The notes: generated by a model from the letters alone, not told the origin. Positions 9,422-19,588 are shown, numbered from the stretch's first letter. The stretch: DNA of 64,000 nt from Thermoproteota archaeon (GCA_030549835.1 JAUQQR010000001.1:2753-66752); one strand, 5' to 3'. Made by a program: numbers and translations.

Positions 9422-10537
9422 TTACACTATGGGTATGGGGTATCCTATTGACTTACCTATGTATTGGCCTCTTATATTTAGCTTATATTTACATCTCGGA
9501 CATCTCCCATCTTGGGTTAGCTTATAATCTGTTACCATGAATCCATATCTCTCTATTACTTTGTAGCCGCAGTTAGGGCAGTATGTATGTTCTAGTGGGT
9601 GGCCTGGGACATTGCCTATGTATACGTGTTTTAGGCCTTCATTTATAGCTATCTTTGCTAGTTTCTCTAGTGTTGCTACTGGAGTCCATGGGATATCTGT
9701 TAGTTTATAGTCTGGATGGAATCTTAGTAGGTGGAATGGTGTTTCAGGGCTTAGATTCTCTAGTATCCATCTCGCCATTTTCCTTATATGAGCCTCCTCA
9801 TCTCCATACTTGGGTACTACGAGGTTTGTTATCTCTATCCACCAGCCTTTATCTCTCATTGCTATTAGAGTCTCATATATCTTGTCAGGATCTCTAACAT
9901 TCATTATCTTATTATAAAACTCTACACTACCCCCTCCTTTGAAGTCTACTGTTGCTGCATCCATTAGATTACCTAGCTGGTCTACAGTCTCGGGTGTCAT
10001 ATAGCCGTTTGTTACCATAGTATTGAATAGGCCTTTCTTATGTGCTAGTTTAGCTGTATCTTCTAGGAACTCGTAGAATATTGTAGGCTCGTTATAAGTA
10101 TATGTTATACCTTGAGCGTCATAGGCTATAGCTAACTCTACTATCCTATCAGGCGTGAATTGAACCCCCATAAGGCCCTTCTCAAGCCTACTCTGACTAA
10201 TCTCCCAGTTTTGACAGAATTTACAGAAAAAGTTACAGCCCACAGTGGCTATACTTAATACACTACTAGCTGGGTAGTAGTGCATTAAAGGCTTCTTCTC
10301 AATCGGATCTATATTAACTGCTGTGAGTAGACCATAAACCATAGTGTACAGCTTACCATCAATATTTAATCTAACACCACAAACGCCATACTTACCGGGA
10401 GCTATGAGACAGCGCCTATGACATAGGTAGCATTCAATCCACCCATCCCTACCCTCAACAGGCTTCCATAGTTTAGCTTCTCTAACATGTGGTCTTTTTA
10501 AAATCTCAACTCTAATACTCAAATCAATATAACCCAA
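9422..10537 (-). CDS. amrS: AmmeMemoRadiSam-system radical SAM enzyme (PflA-like activase family)
   Basis: IDPIEKKPLMHYYP and the CNFFCKFCQNWEISQ CX3CX2C cluster, an N-terminal Cys cluster, and a C-terminal CPNCG...CPRCK zinc ribbon. Confidence 0.8.
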   Translation of the reverse strand: MGYIDLSIRVEILKRPHVREAKLWKPVEGRDGWIECYLCHRRCLIAPGKYGVCGVRLNIDGKLYTMVYGLLTAVNIDPIEKKPLMHYYPASSVLSIATVGCNFFCKFCQNWEISQSRLEKGLMGVQFTPDRIVELAIAYDAQGITYTYNEPTIFYEFLEDTAKLAHKKGLFNTMVTNGYMTPETVDQLGNLMDAATVDFKGGGSVEFYNKIMNVRDPDKIYETLIAMRDKGWWIEITNLVVPKYGDEEAHIRKMARWILENLSPETPFHLLRFHPDYKLTDIPWTPVATLEKLAKIAINEGLKHVYIGNVPGHPLEHTYCPNCGYKVIERYGFMVTDYKLTQDGRCPRCKYKLNIRGQYIGKSIGYPIPIV

Positions 10538-10667
10538 TAGTATATTCTAGTACTTAGCCTTTAAAAACACTAGTATTAAGTGTAATTATGAATTATAGTA
10601 TAGTAACATTAAATATTATTAGAGATAGAATTATAAGTGTTTTTAAATTCCCGCTCTATAAATAATA

Positions 10668-12053
10668 TTGGCGGTTAGTTTGAGCTCATCGAATAAACAT
10701 GAAACAATATTTAGGTTTGGTATTGATGGATTAGATGAATACTACTATGGTGTCCTAACACCTGGAACGATAATAACCGTAGCAGGACATCCTGGATCTG
10801 GGAAGACAACTTTTGCATCTCAGCTTTGCTATAGTAATGCTACTGAGGGTAAGAAGTGCCTCTATATTAGCACCCAGGAGCCTGAGGAGAAGTTTATGAA
10901 GCATATGGCTAGGCTTGGCTTTAACTTTGAAGTACTTCTCGCCTCTGATACTTTTAGATTTGTTAGGTTTCCTCTAATTAGTAGTGAGGAAGCCCTAGAT
11001 AGTCTTTTAGAGTCTATAACTAACTTAGTCGTAGAGTTTAAGCCTAAAATAATAGTAATAGATAGTGTTACACCTATAACTAAGGCTATACAATCTGATA
11101 TTAAGAGGAGAGCTATGCTACAAAACTTCTTCTATAACATAGCATTCGATATTAAAGGAGCTATAGTACTAGTAGCTGAGATACCCTTAGGTAAAGAGTA
11201 TATAGAGGAGGCTGGAGATGTAGAGTTTGTAGCTGACGGTATCATAATACTAAAGCATAGCATAGAATATGGTCTTTTATCTAGGAGGATGGAGATTAGG
11301 AAGCTTAGAGGAGCACCAATAGAAGTATCAGAGGTACCATTCACAATACAAGCTCCTGAAGGTATAGTGGTCATGATGCCACCTAAGTCTCTTAAACCAA
11401 AGTATTATTTGAAGTATTTTAGAACATTATGCCAGGAATTAGATGAGAAGATAGGGCCTCTAAGGTCTGGTGAGCTAGTTTTAATAGCCGGTCCTCCCCA
11501 CAGGCTCCTACTAGGTTCTATAATAAAATGGGCTCTAAGAGTAGCTCGTGAGAGTAACGCTAAACTAGCTATTATAACATATAAGGGGGTAGAGGAGGAA
11601 GTTAAGGAGATTACCGAGACTTTTTCTAAAACACTAAGTCTAAGCTCAGATAATATAAACGTGGCTATCTTAAATGCTGCTATACTTAGCCCTGAAGCAT
11701 TACTTAGCTCAGAGATTAATATCATATCTAAGATTAAACCCGATATAATCATCCACTATGGTACAGAGACTCTGAGAATCTTATATGCTAAAATATACCC
11801 AGGCTTATTCGAGAAATATAAGTTAATAGGTAAATCTCTACTAAGAAAATATAATGTGTTAACTATTGAAATACAAAGTATAACTGATATTAGTGAGGTC
11901 AGTGCAGATCTAAACTTAGCCGATACAGTTATACTCTTAGGAGAAAACGTAAAAGGGTTACCTGAAGGAAAACTTATAGCTTATAAAGCTATTGAGGATA
12001 AGAGATACATAGACAGCTTAGAAAAAATAGAAAAGTGCATCCCTATATCATAA
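10668..12053 (+). CDS. KaiC/RadA-like RecA-superfamily ATPase, two-domain, second domain degenerate
   Basis: Walker A GHPGSGKTTFASQ and Walker B IIVIDS in domain 1. Domain 2 has LIAGPPHRLLLGS where a P-loop would be. Confidence 0.65.
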   Translation: MAVSLSSSNKHETIFRFGIDGLDEYYYGVLTPGTIITVAGHPGSGKTTFASQLCYSNATEGKKCLYISTQEPEEKFMKHMARLGFNFEVLLASDTFRFVRFPLISSEEALDSLLESITNLVVEFKPKIIVIDSVTPITKAIQSDIKRRAMLQNFFYNIAFDIKGAIVLVAEIPLGKEYIEEAGDVEFVADGIIILKHSIEYGLLSRRMEIRKLRGAPIEVSEVPFTIQAPEGIVVMMPPKSLKPKYYLKYFRTLCQELDEKIGPLRSGELVLIAGPPHRLLLGSIIKWALRVARESNAKLAIITYKGVEEEVKEITETFSKTLSLSSDNINVAILNAAILSPEALLSSEINIISKIKPDIIIHYGTETLRILYAKIYPGLFEKYKLIGKSLLRKYNVLTIEIQSITDISEVSADLNLADTVILLGENVKGLPEGKLIAYKAIEDKRYIDSLEKIEKCIPIS

Positions 12054-12191
12054 AGTATTAATAGTAGAATATATACCATTAATAATAGAAAAGCTCTTAG
12101 ACAATCTTGTATATACAATTTGATACCATTCATGTTAGCAAAACTTAATAGTTGAGATTCACAAGTTATACAAGGCTTAGAGGAGATTTAA

Positions 12192-13301
12192 TTGAAGAAT
12201 TTAATTAGAGACGCTTATGGAAGAGAGCTTAATAGTTTACGCTTACTAGTCACTTCTGAATGTAACTATAGGTGCTTCTTCTGCCATCTAGAGGGTGATC
12301 CTCTAGGTGAGCCTGCAAGACCTGGATCTAAGCCTCCACTATTAACACCTGAAGATTATAGTATAGTAGCTGAGGCTGCATGGAAGCTTGGAATACGTAG
12401 TTTTAAAATTACTGGAGGAGAGCCTCTAATTAGGAGAGATATTGTTAGTATAGTGGAGGCTGTTAACTCTTCAGCTCCGGGATCTGATATATCAATGACA
12501 ACTAATGGTGTGCTCCTAGAATCTCTAGCATCTAATCTTAGAGATGCTGGCTTAAAGAGGATTAATGTATCACTACATAGTTTGAGAAGGGATAGGTATA
12601 AGTTTATTACAGGTGTTGATGGACTTGATAGAGTTTTGAGAGGTTTAGATGCAGCTATTAATGCTGGATTTAGGGTTAAGATTAATGCTTTAATACTTTA
12701 TGGTGTTAACCATGATGAGGTTTTCGATTTAGTAGAATTCTCTAAAGTAAAGGGTGTGATATTACAGCTAATAGAGCTTATTCCAGTAGGTTTAGGGGCT
12801 AAGCTACTTAAGACGCATAGATTCTCTCTAGCAAGTATTGAGGAGAAGCTTAGAGAGCTAGGGGCTAGAGTTGAGGTTAGACAACTACATTATAGACCTA
12901 TATATAGGTTACCGAATGGTGCAATTGTAGAAATTGTTAGACCATACTCAAACCCAATATTCTGCTCAGGCTGTAATAGGCTCAGAATAGACTCATCTGG
13001 TAGGCTGAGTCCATGTATAAACTGGAGAGGTGAGAGGATTAGTATTCTCGAGTATATAAGGAGGGCTAAGAGTAGAGAAGAAGCTGTCCTATATGCTATG
13101 AAGGCACTCATAGAGGCTAACTGGCTTAGAAGACCCTTCTACTTATTCAAAAGAGATACCATAATGCCTCAACAAACAATTAGAATTAATGGCACGCGCC
13201 TCCTGATACCTAAGAAGACTTTAGACTTAGAGGGGTTCGAGGAACTAAGAGCCCAGAAGCTAGTAGTAGGAGGCCTAGAATCCACAGCCCATAGCTTATA
13301 G
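12192..13301 (+). CDS. moaA: GTP 3',8-cyclase (molybdenum cofactor biosynthesis protein A)
   Basis: CNYRCFFCH radical SAM cluster, a C-terminal CSGCNRLRIDSSGRLSPC second cluster, and GGEPL. The ORF runs about 45 aa longer than I expect and overlaps the convergent gene. Confidence 0.85.
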   Translation: MKNLIRDAYGRELNSLRLLVTSECNYRCFFCHLEGDPLGEPARPGSKPPLLTPEDYSIVAEAAWKLGIRSFKITGGEPLIRRDIVSIVEAVNSSAPGSDISMTTNGVLLESLASNLRDAGLKRINVSLHSLRRDRYKFITGVDGLDRVLRGLDAAINAGFRVKINALILYGVNHDEVFDLVEFSKVKGVILQLIELIPVGLGAKLLKTHRFSLASIEEKLRELGARVEVRQLHYRPIYRLPNGAIVEIVRPYSNPIFCSGCNRLRIDSSGRLSPCINWRGERISILEYIRRAKSREEAVLYAMKALIEANWLRRPFYLFKRDTIMPQQTIRINGTRLLIPKKTLDLEGFEELRAQKLVVGGLESTAHSL

Positions 13302-13950
13302 TACCTAAGCTACTACCAATAACAGCTAGTAGGATGCCGGCTGTAGACGTGAGGGTACCATAGAATACTAATCTGGAGTCTCTCTTAAAAGGACAGCCTA
13401 CTCTCTCTATATATGATCCGGCTACTACCGATAATAGTATGACAATGAGTGTAGCCATGAGCCCAATAGCTATACCCCACACTACTGGGACTATAGCTGC
13501 TATCGCCATGGAGAGGGTGTGGATTCTCCTAGAGGCTATAAAGGCTAGAGTAGTATATGCTATAAGAGTAGCTGATAAGAATAGAGGATTCCATGTAATA
13601 GTAGAGAGTAATGCTAGAACTACTCCTAAACCTGCTACTATAATATCAGGCCTAAAACTCTTATAGTAGCGTGCTTGAATTATTGGAAGTATTAGGAGAA
13701 CTCCTACCAGTATACTACTATTAAGTAGCTTTAAAGCTAAAATTATAGCTAGAAACATGCCTAAATAACCTAAGGCTACTAATCTAGAGTCAAGTAGTAG
13801 GATGACAAGAGATACAGCTACGGATAATAGAGCATATGAGAGTAGAGTTTCAATAGTGAGTAAGCCAGTCAGAGATATTAGGGCTAGTAATCCAGATAGA
13901 GCTAAACCAATACAACCTATAATCCTATGCTCACTACACGCTATGCTCAT
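13210..13950 (-). CDS. Polytopic membrane protein, unknown; apparently co-transcribed downstream of ctaB
   Basis: 246 aa with 7-8 hydrophobic helices, 10 nt downstream of the heme O synthase gene. Confidence 0.4.
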   Translation of the reverse strand: MSIACSEHRIIGCIGLALSGLLALISLTGLLTIETLLSYALLSVAVSLVILLLDSRLVALGYLGMFLAIILALKLLNSSILVGVLLILPIIQARYYKSFRPDIIVAGLGVVLALLSTITWNPLFLSATLIAYTTLAFIASRRIHTLSMAIAAIVPVVWGIAIGLMATLIVILLSVVAGSYIERVGCPFKRDSRLVFYGTLTSTAGILLAVIGSSLGTISYGLWILGLLLLASGLLVPRTPLSLKSS

Positions 13951-13960
13951 TTGTGAAACC

Positions 13961-14854
13961 TCATAGAAGTAAGCTTATAATGATATAGTTTGAGATTAGG
14001 AACTCTAACGGCAGGACTATATATACAATTGCTAATGTTGGAGTAGCGAATTTATATATTTTGAAAGCCTCCTCTCTTGAGGGGCCCCTATAGAATCTTA
14101 ATACTCTTAAAGTAGCTAAACTTATTAATATTAGTGTTAATGCTAGTGCAATTAAGCCATATTTCAGATAGTAGACTAGAGTGGCCATTGCTATAGCCAT
14201 TAGAGCTAGGAAGATTAGTATAACTATGGAGAAGACTCTATGGCTATAACTTAATGAAACCATTGGAATCTCAGCCCTCCTATAGTCGTCTCCGTAAGAG
14301 TAGGCTAGGAACCATACGTGGAGAGGTTGCCAAGCGAATACTATGCTAGCCAATAGTATCCCAGGTAGTGTTATTGAGCCTGCCCCCGCAGCCCACCCTC
14401 CTAAGGCTGGCATAGCTCCAGCTATACTACCAAATATTATGTTTAGGGCTGTGAACCTCTTACTCAACTCTGTATAGGCTATAATGTCAAAGTATAACCC
14501 TGCGAGGACTGCAGATAAAACATACTTGTTTATACTAGCCGCTATAGTCACCCCTAAGACTAGGAGTATTACTGTGCCTAGTAGGGCTTCATCTAAGCTT
14601 AGTCTACCAGATGGTAGAGGCCTTCTCCTAGTCCTAGCCATTACAGAGTCTACATCATAGTCTAAGTACATATTTAATGCTGTAACTCCGCCAACAGTAG
14701 CGAACCCCATTATTGTTAATTTAGTTAAACTTATAAAATCAAGGGGGCCTCCAGCAACAATATATGATCCGTACATTGTTAATAGTAGTAGCGCGAGCTG
14801 CCTAGGCTTAGTGAGCTCTATAAAACTCCTAAGCTTAACTATAGCATCACCCAC
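13961..14854 (-). CDS. ctaB: Protoheme IX farnesyltransferase (heme O synthase), UbiA superfamily
   Basis: NMYLDYDVDSVMARTRRRPLPSG prenyltransferase motif, a second Asp-rich region (YGDDY), and about 8-9 TM helices. Confidence 0.8.
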   Translation of the reverse strand: MGDAIVKLRSFIELTKPRQLALLLLTMYGSYIVAGGPLDFISLTKLTIMGFATVGGVTALNMYLDYDVDSVMARTRRRPLPSGRLSLDEALLGTVILLVLGVTIAASINKYVLSAVLAGLYFDIIAYTELSKRFTALNIIFGSIAGAMPALGGWAAGAGSITLPGILLASIVFAWQPLHVWFLAYSYGDDYRRAEIPMVSLSYSHRVFSIVILIFLALMAIAMATLVYYLKYGLIALALTLILISLATLRVLRFYRGPSREEAFKIYKFATPTLAIVYIVLPLEFLISNYIIISLLL

Positions 14855-14923
14855 GCTACTATCCCATAATTTCTCTAAACTTAAATCTTTAAATCCCTTA
14901 ATATATAGCTATATTTAGTGTAG

Positions 14924-15652
14924 GTGCACTATATGGGTATTCCAGTGGGTGATGATAATATTATAGTTAGAGAGGCTCCCATAGTAAATACTACGCTTAT
15001 AGTACTCAATATATTAGTCTTTATAATTGCAGTATTGTTCCCATGGCTTCTCCTCCCAGGCGCTAGATCATATGCTGACATCGTATATAGTCTGGGATTT
15101 ATCCCACTATACTTTATTAGTGGTGAAAGGCTCTACGCTTTAATAACTTCTATGTTCCTGCACGGTAACCTAATACATCTAATAGGTAACATGTTATTCT
15201 TATACATATTCGGTGACAACATTGAGATTGTTATGGGTAGAGTAAGATACCTAGTATTCTACCTCTTATCTGGGATAATAGCATCAGTTATACACACTAT
15301 AACCGTTATACTATTTGATCCACAAGCCCTACTAGTACCGGCTATTGGAGCCTCTGGAGCCATATCTGGAGTTCTAGGAGCATACATCGTATTATTCCCC
15401 TGGAGTAGAGTTAGAATTGTAACAATGTGGGGCTGGATACCAGTCTTTATGAGCCTCCCAGCAATACTCTACATAGGCTTATGGTTCATATACCAGCTAT
15501 TAATGGGTCTAACTACAGCTATAGGAGGAGTCTCTATTGGAATAGCATTCTGGGCCCATATAGGGGGATTCATAGCAGGCCTTATAATCGCACCACTACT
15601 AGCAGACCGTAGGAAAGTTCTAGCTGCTAGAAGCGTAATCGAATACTACTAA
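14924..15652 (+). CDS. Rhomboid-family intramembrane serine protease
   Basis: FLHGNLIHLIGNMLFLYIFG (HxxxN), GASGAISG catalytic Ser, and AHIGGFIAG catalytic His. Confidence 0.8.
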   Translation: MHYMGIPVGDDNIIVREAPIVNTTLIVLNILVFIIAVLFPWLLLPGARSYADIVYSLGFIPLYFISGERLYALITSMFLHGNLIHLIGNMLFLYIFGDNIEIVMGRVRYLVFYLLSGIIASVIHTITVILFDPQALLVPAIGASGAISGVLGAYIVLFPWSRVRIVTMWGWIPVFMSLPAILYIGLWFIYQLLMGLTTAIGGVSIGIAFWAHIGGFIAGLIIAPLLADRRKVLAARSVIEYY

Positions 15653-15662
15653 CATTAACAAT

Positions 15663-15980
15663 CTAACCCTCAATAGTAACCCCCGCCCCCACCCCCTCTA
15701 AAGCAGAGACAAGTATACTAGCCATTTTAACAATACTAGACGAATCTGAACCCTCAATAGTAATAATCATTGAACCCTCAAAACCAACAATCAACTCACC
15801 CCTAGGCGGAGTTAACAGTAAAGAAACCTTAACGAGAACATCATCACAATTTGCTAAAACCCATGAAGCCTTCTCTACAACAATACACTGAGAATCCCTA
15901 AGAGACCTCGAAACCACCCTCAATAATCCAGGTATCTCTACAGGACTGGGAGTAAAAGCTCTAAACTGAACCCTATACAC
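15663..15980 (-). CDS. Hypothetical 105-aa protein (faint resemblance to Pcc1/KEOPS-type small proteins only)
   Basis: GTG start directly after the repeat copy. ITIEGSDSSSIVKMASILVSAL vaguely recalls the Pcc1 C-terminal helix. No firm motif. Confidence 0.35.
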   Translation of the reverse strand: MYRVQFRAFTPSPVEIPGLLRVVSRSLRDSQCIVVEKASWVLANCDDVLVKVSLLLTPPRGELIVGFEGSMIITIEGSDSSSIVKMASILVSALEGVGAGVTIEG

Positions 15981-16250
15981 CCCAATCCCCTCATCTCCTC
16001 TCTATTCTCTCTCCTCTCCTATCCCACTTACATTCTTTCTCTAAAGCTAACCGCACCTCTACTCTGTGCTTCGCCATGGCTACTATCCACTCCACACAGA
16101 GTCATGTGTATTCTTCTGAGCATAGCTGAGCAGAGCATGCATCTAACCTAGACCCTGGGGAGCTTAGAGCAATACCCCTCATTGCTCTTCAGACCCTTCC
16201 TAGGATAGGCTCATGAGTTAGAGCTTATAAACATTTCCTCGAGATATCAA
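15981..16250 (-). repeat. Diverged copy of the dispersed TATA-bearing repeat family, oriented toward the 105-aa ORF
   Basis: Blocks shared with 58729..58993 and the 44.7/45.4-kb arms: gaggaaatgtttataagctc, catgac..tgtggagtgg, gcgaagc and gagatgagg. Contains a perfect 8-bp hairpin (16166..16188) and a G-free C/T tract (15981..16045). Confidence 0.6.
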
Positions 16251-16353
16251 GAAGACAGCTTTAATGTTATGATAGAGTAGGGCAGGCTTGGAAAAATATA
16301 TTTATATATGAGGATTTATATGTGTTGCTGTTATTTATACTAGTTGGTGTTTT

Positions 16354-17256
16354 GTGTTGAGTGAGGTTTTAGAGGGCAGGCTTTTAGAGTCTGTTGTTAG
16401 ACTTATTGAGATTGCTGCTACTGATCTTCCTAGTGATGTTGAGGATGCTCTTGTTAGAGCTTTTAGCGTTGAGGATAATCCTAGTGCTAAAAGTTTTCTC
16501 AAGGCTATGATTGATAATGTTGGTATTGCTAGGAGTAAGAGACTACCTATATGTCAGGATACTGGCATTGTTATGTTTTATGTTACTGTTGGGGATAAAT
16601 TCCCGTATACTAGCTTATTGCCATCTATACTTAGTAGGGCTGTTGTTGAGGCTACTCGTAGGGTTCCTCTTAGGCCTAATACTATTGATGTTTTCTCTGG
16701 TAGAAATCCAGGCGATAATACTGGTAGGTATATGCCTTGGGTTGAGTGGGAGTTTGTTGAGGGTTTAGATACTGCTGATGTGACAGTATTACTTAAGGGT
16801 GGTGGTAGTGAGATTATTGGTAGAGCTAAGACTCTTATACCAGCTGAGGGTATTAAGGGTGTTATCAAGTATGTTATTGAGGCTGTATATGATGCTGGGC
16901 CACAGCCTTGTCCTCCCATCATAGTTAGTGTTGGGATTGGGCCTACTGTTAGTATTGCTATGAAGCTTGCATCTAAAGGCCTCTTAAGGCCTATAGGTAT
17001 CAGGCATTCTAACCCAGATGTTGCTAAGTTAGAGGAGATGCTCCTAGAAGCTATAAATAGCATTGGTTTTGGAGTCCATGGAATGGGGGGTAAGGTCACA
17101 GCTTTAGATGTTCACGTTGACTACGCTGCTAGACACCCAGCATCTCTAAGTGTAGCAGTTGTTATAAATTGCTGGGCTGCTAGGAGAGCATCAATGAGAA
17201 TATACCCTGATGGTAGAGTAGAGTATATTACACACCCAAAGTATAATATGGGGTGA
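16354..17256 (+). CDS. Fe-S type hydro-lyase alpha subunit (class I fumarate hydratase / tartrate dehydratase family)
   Basis: LPICQDTGIVMFYV and GGGSE motifs typical of the FumA N-terminal domain. 4-nt overlap with the beta subunit gene. Confidence 0.8.
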   Translation: MLSEVLEGRLLESVVRLIEIAATDLPSDVEDALVRAFSVEDNPSAKSFLKAMIDNVGIARSKRLPICQDTGIVMFYVTVGDKFPYTSLLPSILSRAVVEATRRVPLRPNTIDVFSGRNPGDNTGRYMPWVEWEFVEGLDTADVTVLLKGGGSEIIGRAKTLIPAEGIKGVIKYVIEAVYDAGPQPCPPIIVSVGIGPTVSIAMKLASKGLLRPIGIRHSNPDVAKLEEMLLEAINSIGFGVHGMGGKVTALDVHVDYAARHPASLSVAVVINCWAARRASMRIYPDGRVEYITHPKYNMG

Positions 17257-17867
17257 GCGTTATGGCCGAGTATATGATGAGAACACCTCTAAGTGAAGAT
17301 GATGTTAGGAAGCTAAATATAGGTGATATAGTCTACATTACGGGGATAGTAGTAACAATGAGAGATACAGGGCATAAGAGAGCTGTAGAGCTACTATCTC
17401 GTGGAGAGAAGCTACCAGTAGACCTCAAAGACCTCGTACTATACCATGCAGGACCTATAGTTAGAAAAGTTAATGACAAATGGGAAGTCGTAGTAATAGG
17501 TCCAACAACAAGTACGAGAATGGAAGTCTATGAGCCTGAAGTAATCGAGAAGACAGGAGTAAGAATGATTATAGGTAAGGGTGGTATGGGCCCTAAGACT
17601 GCTGAAGCATGTAGACGCTATGGAACAGTATATACAGTATATCCTGGAGGAGCAGCAGCACTACAAGCAAGCCAGGTTAAGAGGGTAATAGACGTATACT
17701 GGCTAGACCTGGGAGTACCCGATGCTATGTGGATACTTGAAGTAGAGAATCTAGGACCACTAACTGTCGTTATAGACTCGAAAGGGAGAAACTTATATGA
17801 TAAGATATATGAGGAGGCTAGAAAAAGAATAGATTATGAGATATACCCTAAACTTGGAATAAAGTAG
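17253..17867 (+). CDS. Fe-S type hydro-lyase beta subunit (class I fumarate hydratase C-terminal domain)
   Basis: GxIVTMRDxxHKR, YHAGP, IGPTTSxRM and GKGGMG motifs. Translationally coupled to the alpha subunit. Confidence 0.8.
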   Translation: MSVMAEYMMRTPLSEDDVRKLNIGDIVYITGIVVTMRDTGHKRAVELLSRGEKLPVDLKDLVLYHAGPIVRKVNDKWEVVVIGPTTSTRMEVYEPEVIEKTGVRMIIGKGGMGPKTAEACRRYGTVYTVYPGGAAALQASQVKRVIDVYWLDLGVPDAMWILEVENLGPLTVVIDSKGRNLYDKIYEEARKRIDYEIYPKLGIK

Positions 17868-17873
17868 TTTACA

Positions 17874-19022
17874 TTATTTAAAGATATATAGCCTAGATGG
17901 TTTTTCTCCAGGCATTAATGGTAGTAGTTGTATAGCTAGAACATATAGTGCTGGCCATATTATTATAGAACCTAATATAATTAATATCTCACTACCCGTT
18001 ATAGTATAGCTAGCTTCTCTAATTACACCTGCTAGAGGCTCTAATGCTTTAAGCTGGTGAACAATAATCTGTAAGTACATATTATATGATGATGTAATGA
18101 GTACTAATATAGATGCTAGGATTACCGGTAGATACTTGCCAGTAGTGAATGAGTATAGAGCTAGTATAAATGGAGCTATAATCCCTAAGACCACTACAAC
18201 AACCCAGAATCCTAGAGAGTATACACCAGTAACTATCTCACTATAAGTTAGCCAAGCTGTACTATATCGAGCTGTCACAATATTCCAGAGTAGGAAAAAT
18301 GCTAAGATTGGGAGCATTAAAGCTAGGATAAATCCATAGTACCTTGATAGGAATTGTATTAATTCAGTTTTACCCCTTAGAGCTAGCATTATGAATAGAG
18401 CTTGACCTGAGGCCCCTAATAGTATTGCAATAGCTATAAAGTATGGTGCTAGTAAACCATACCATCCAGGGATAGCAATTATTGACCCATATATTTGTGC
18501 TAAATTACTAATAGCAAGTATTGTAGTTATTAAGACTAGAGCTGCAATTACTAGCTTAATCCACTTTAAAGGCCTCACTAGCTCAATAGAGCCTACTCTA
18601 ATAAAGAATACTAACTTTACAATTAAGAATATTAATAGTATAGTATATAGTAGAGTCATCCAAGCTATCCTAGAATCAGGATTAAAGTATACATAGATCT
18701 TCCAGAAGTCTAAAGGCCTACTTACCCCTGCAAATTTTATTAAGAACGCGGATATTAAAGTAGCAATGGAGAATAATACACCTAGCTTAGCAATATTCAC
18801 AAGCTCCATCTTTGGCCCTCTATAGCCAAATAAAGCATATATACTATTAACTATACTTGAGCCTAAAGCCATTATAGCAAAGATAGCATATCCTACTACC
18901 AGGGATCCCCAGGATACCTCATGAATAGCTTTCCTAGTAAAACCTATACCTATAAGTATTAAACCTATTATGATGGCTAGTATAGATAAGATTTCAAGTG
19001 TTAACCTCTTCACTATCCTCAC
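17874..19022 (-). CDS. NrfD/PsrC-type membrane anchor subunit of the Mo-oxidoreductase
   Basis: 382 aa with about 10 TM helices. 4-nt overlap with the Fe-S subunit gene. Third gene of an A-B-C operon. Confidence 0.7.
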   Translation of the reverse strand: MRIVKRLTLEILSILAIIIGLILIGIGFTRKAIHEVSWGSLVVGYAIFAIMALGSSIVNSIYALFGYRGPKMELVNIAKLGVLFSIATLISAFLIKFAGVSRPLDFWKIYVYFNPDSRIAWMTLLYTILLIFLIVKLVFFIRVGSIELVRPLKWIKLVIAALVLITTILAISNLAQIYGSIIAIPGWYGLLAPYFIAIAILLGASGQALFIMLALRGKTELIQFLSRYYGFILALMLPILAFFLLWNIVTARYSTAWLTYSEIVTGVYSLGFWVVVVVLGIIAPFILALYSFTTGKYLPVILASILVLITSSYNMYLQIIVHQLKALEPLAGVIREASYTITGSEILIILGSIIIWPALYVLAIQLLPLMPGEKPSRLYIFK

Positions 19023-19588
19023 CCTTTAACTATGAAGTATTTAGGTTCTGTTCCCAATAATTCTAGAGGTCTCTCGCTCTTACTCTTAGATATCTTAATA
19101 CTAATACTACTATTAGGGTCATCTATGTCTCCGAAGTCTCTAGCATTTGCCGGGCATACTGATACACATATAGGCTTCCTACCACCTCTTATAATATCAA
19201 TACAAACCGGACCTGGACACTTCTCTGGTAGTAGAGTTGTTGGGTGTAGCCATCTAGCCCCGTATGGGCAAGCTACTATACATGCCTTACAACCAATACA
19301 CTTAGTTTCATCTAGTAATACTAGCCCGGTATCCCTATCTATGTGGCTTGCACGTGTAGGGCATACTAATACACATGGTGGTTTATCACAGTGGAAGCAT
19401 GAGACTAATCTTAGCTCTGGTCTCCCTACCTCTCTAATAACTACTCTAATATTGCCTCCAAGCCACTTCATCATAGGGTTAGGCTCTTCAAATCTCATAA
19501 TTTCGCTATAGTTACTACCAGCACATGATACTACACATGCCATACACGCAATACACTTAGTTGAATCCCAGAGGTATGCAAGCCTCAT
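19019..19588 (-). CDS. 4Fe-4S ferredoxin-type electron-transfer subunit (PsrB/DmsB-like)
   Basis: Four Cys clusters (CIACMACVVSC, CFHCDKPPCVLVCP, CIGCKACIVACP, CVSVCP). Overlaps both neighbouring genes by 4 nt. Confidence 0.85.
   Translation of the reverse strand: MRLAYLWDSTKCIACMACVVSCAGSNYSEIMRFEEPNPMMKWLGGNIRVVIREVGRPELRLVSCFHCDKPPCVLVCPTRASHIDRDTGLVLLDETKCIGCKACIVACPYGARWLHPTTLLPEKCPGPVCIDIIRGGRKPICVSVCPANARDFGDIDDPNSSISIKISKSKSERPLELLGTEPKYFIVKG

Noticed and set aside
13160-13301. A C-terminal extension of about 45 aa on MoaA that overlaps the convergent membrane-protein gene by 92 nt.
   Set aside because: It is probably just late stop-codon placement, or a slightly mis-set 3' end. Convergent overlaps recur here (trm1 with the TFE-beta-like gene, 30 nt; srp19 with the cyclo-ligase gene, 17 nt). 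The tail has no recognisable motif.
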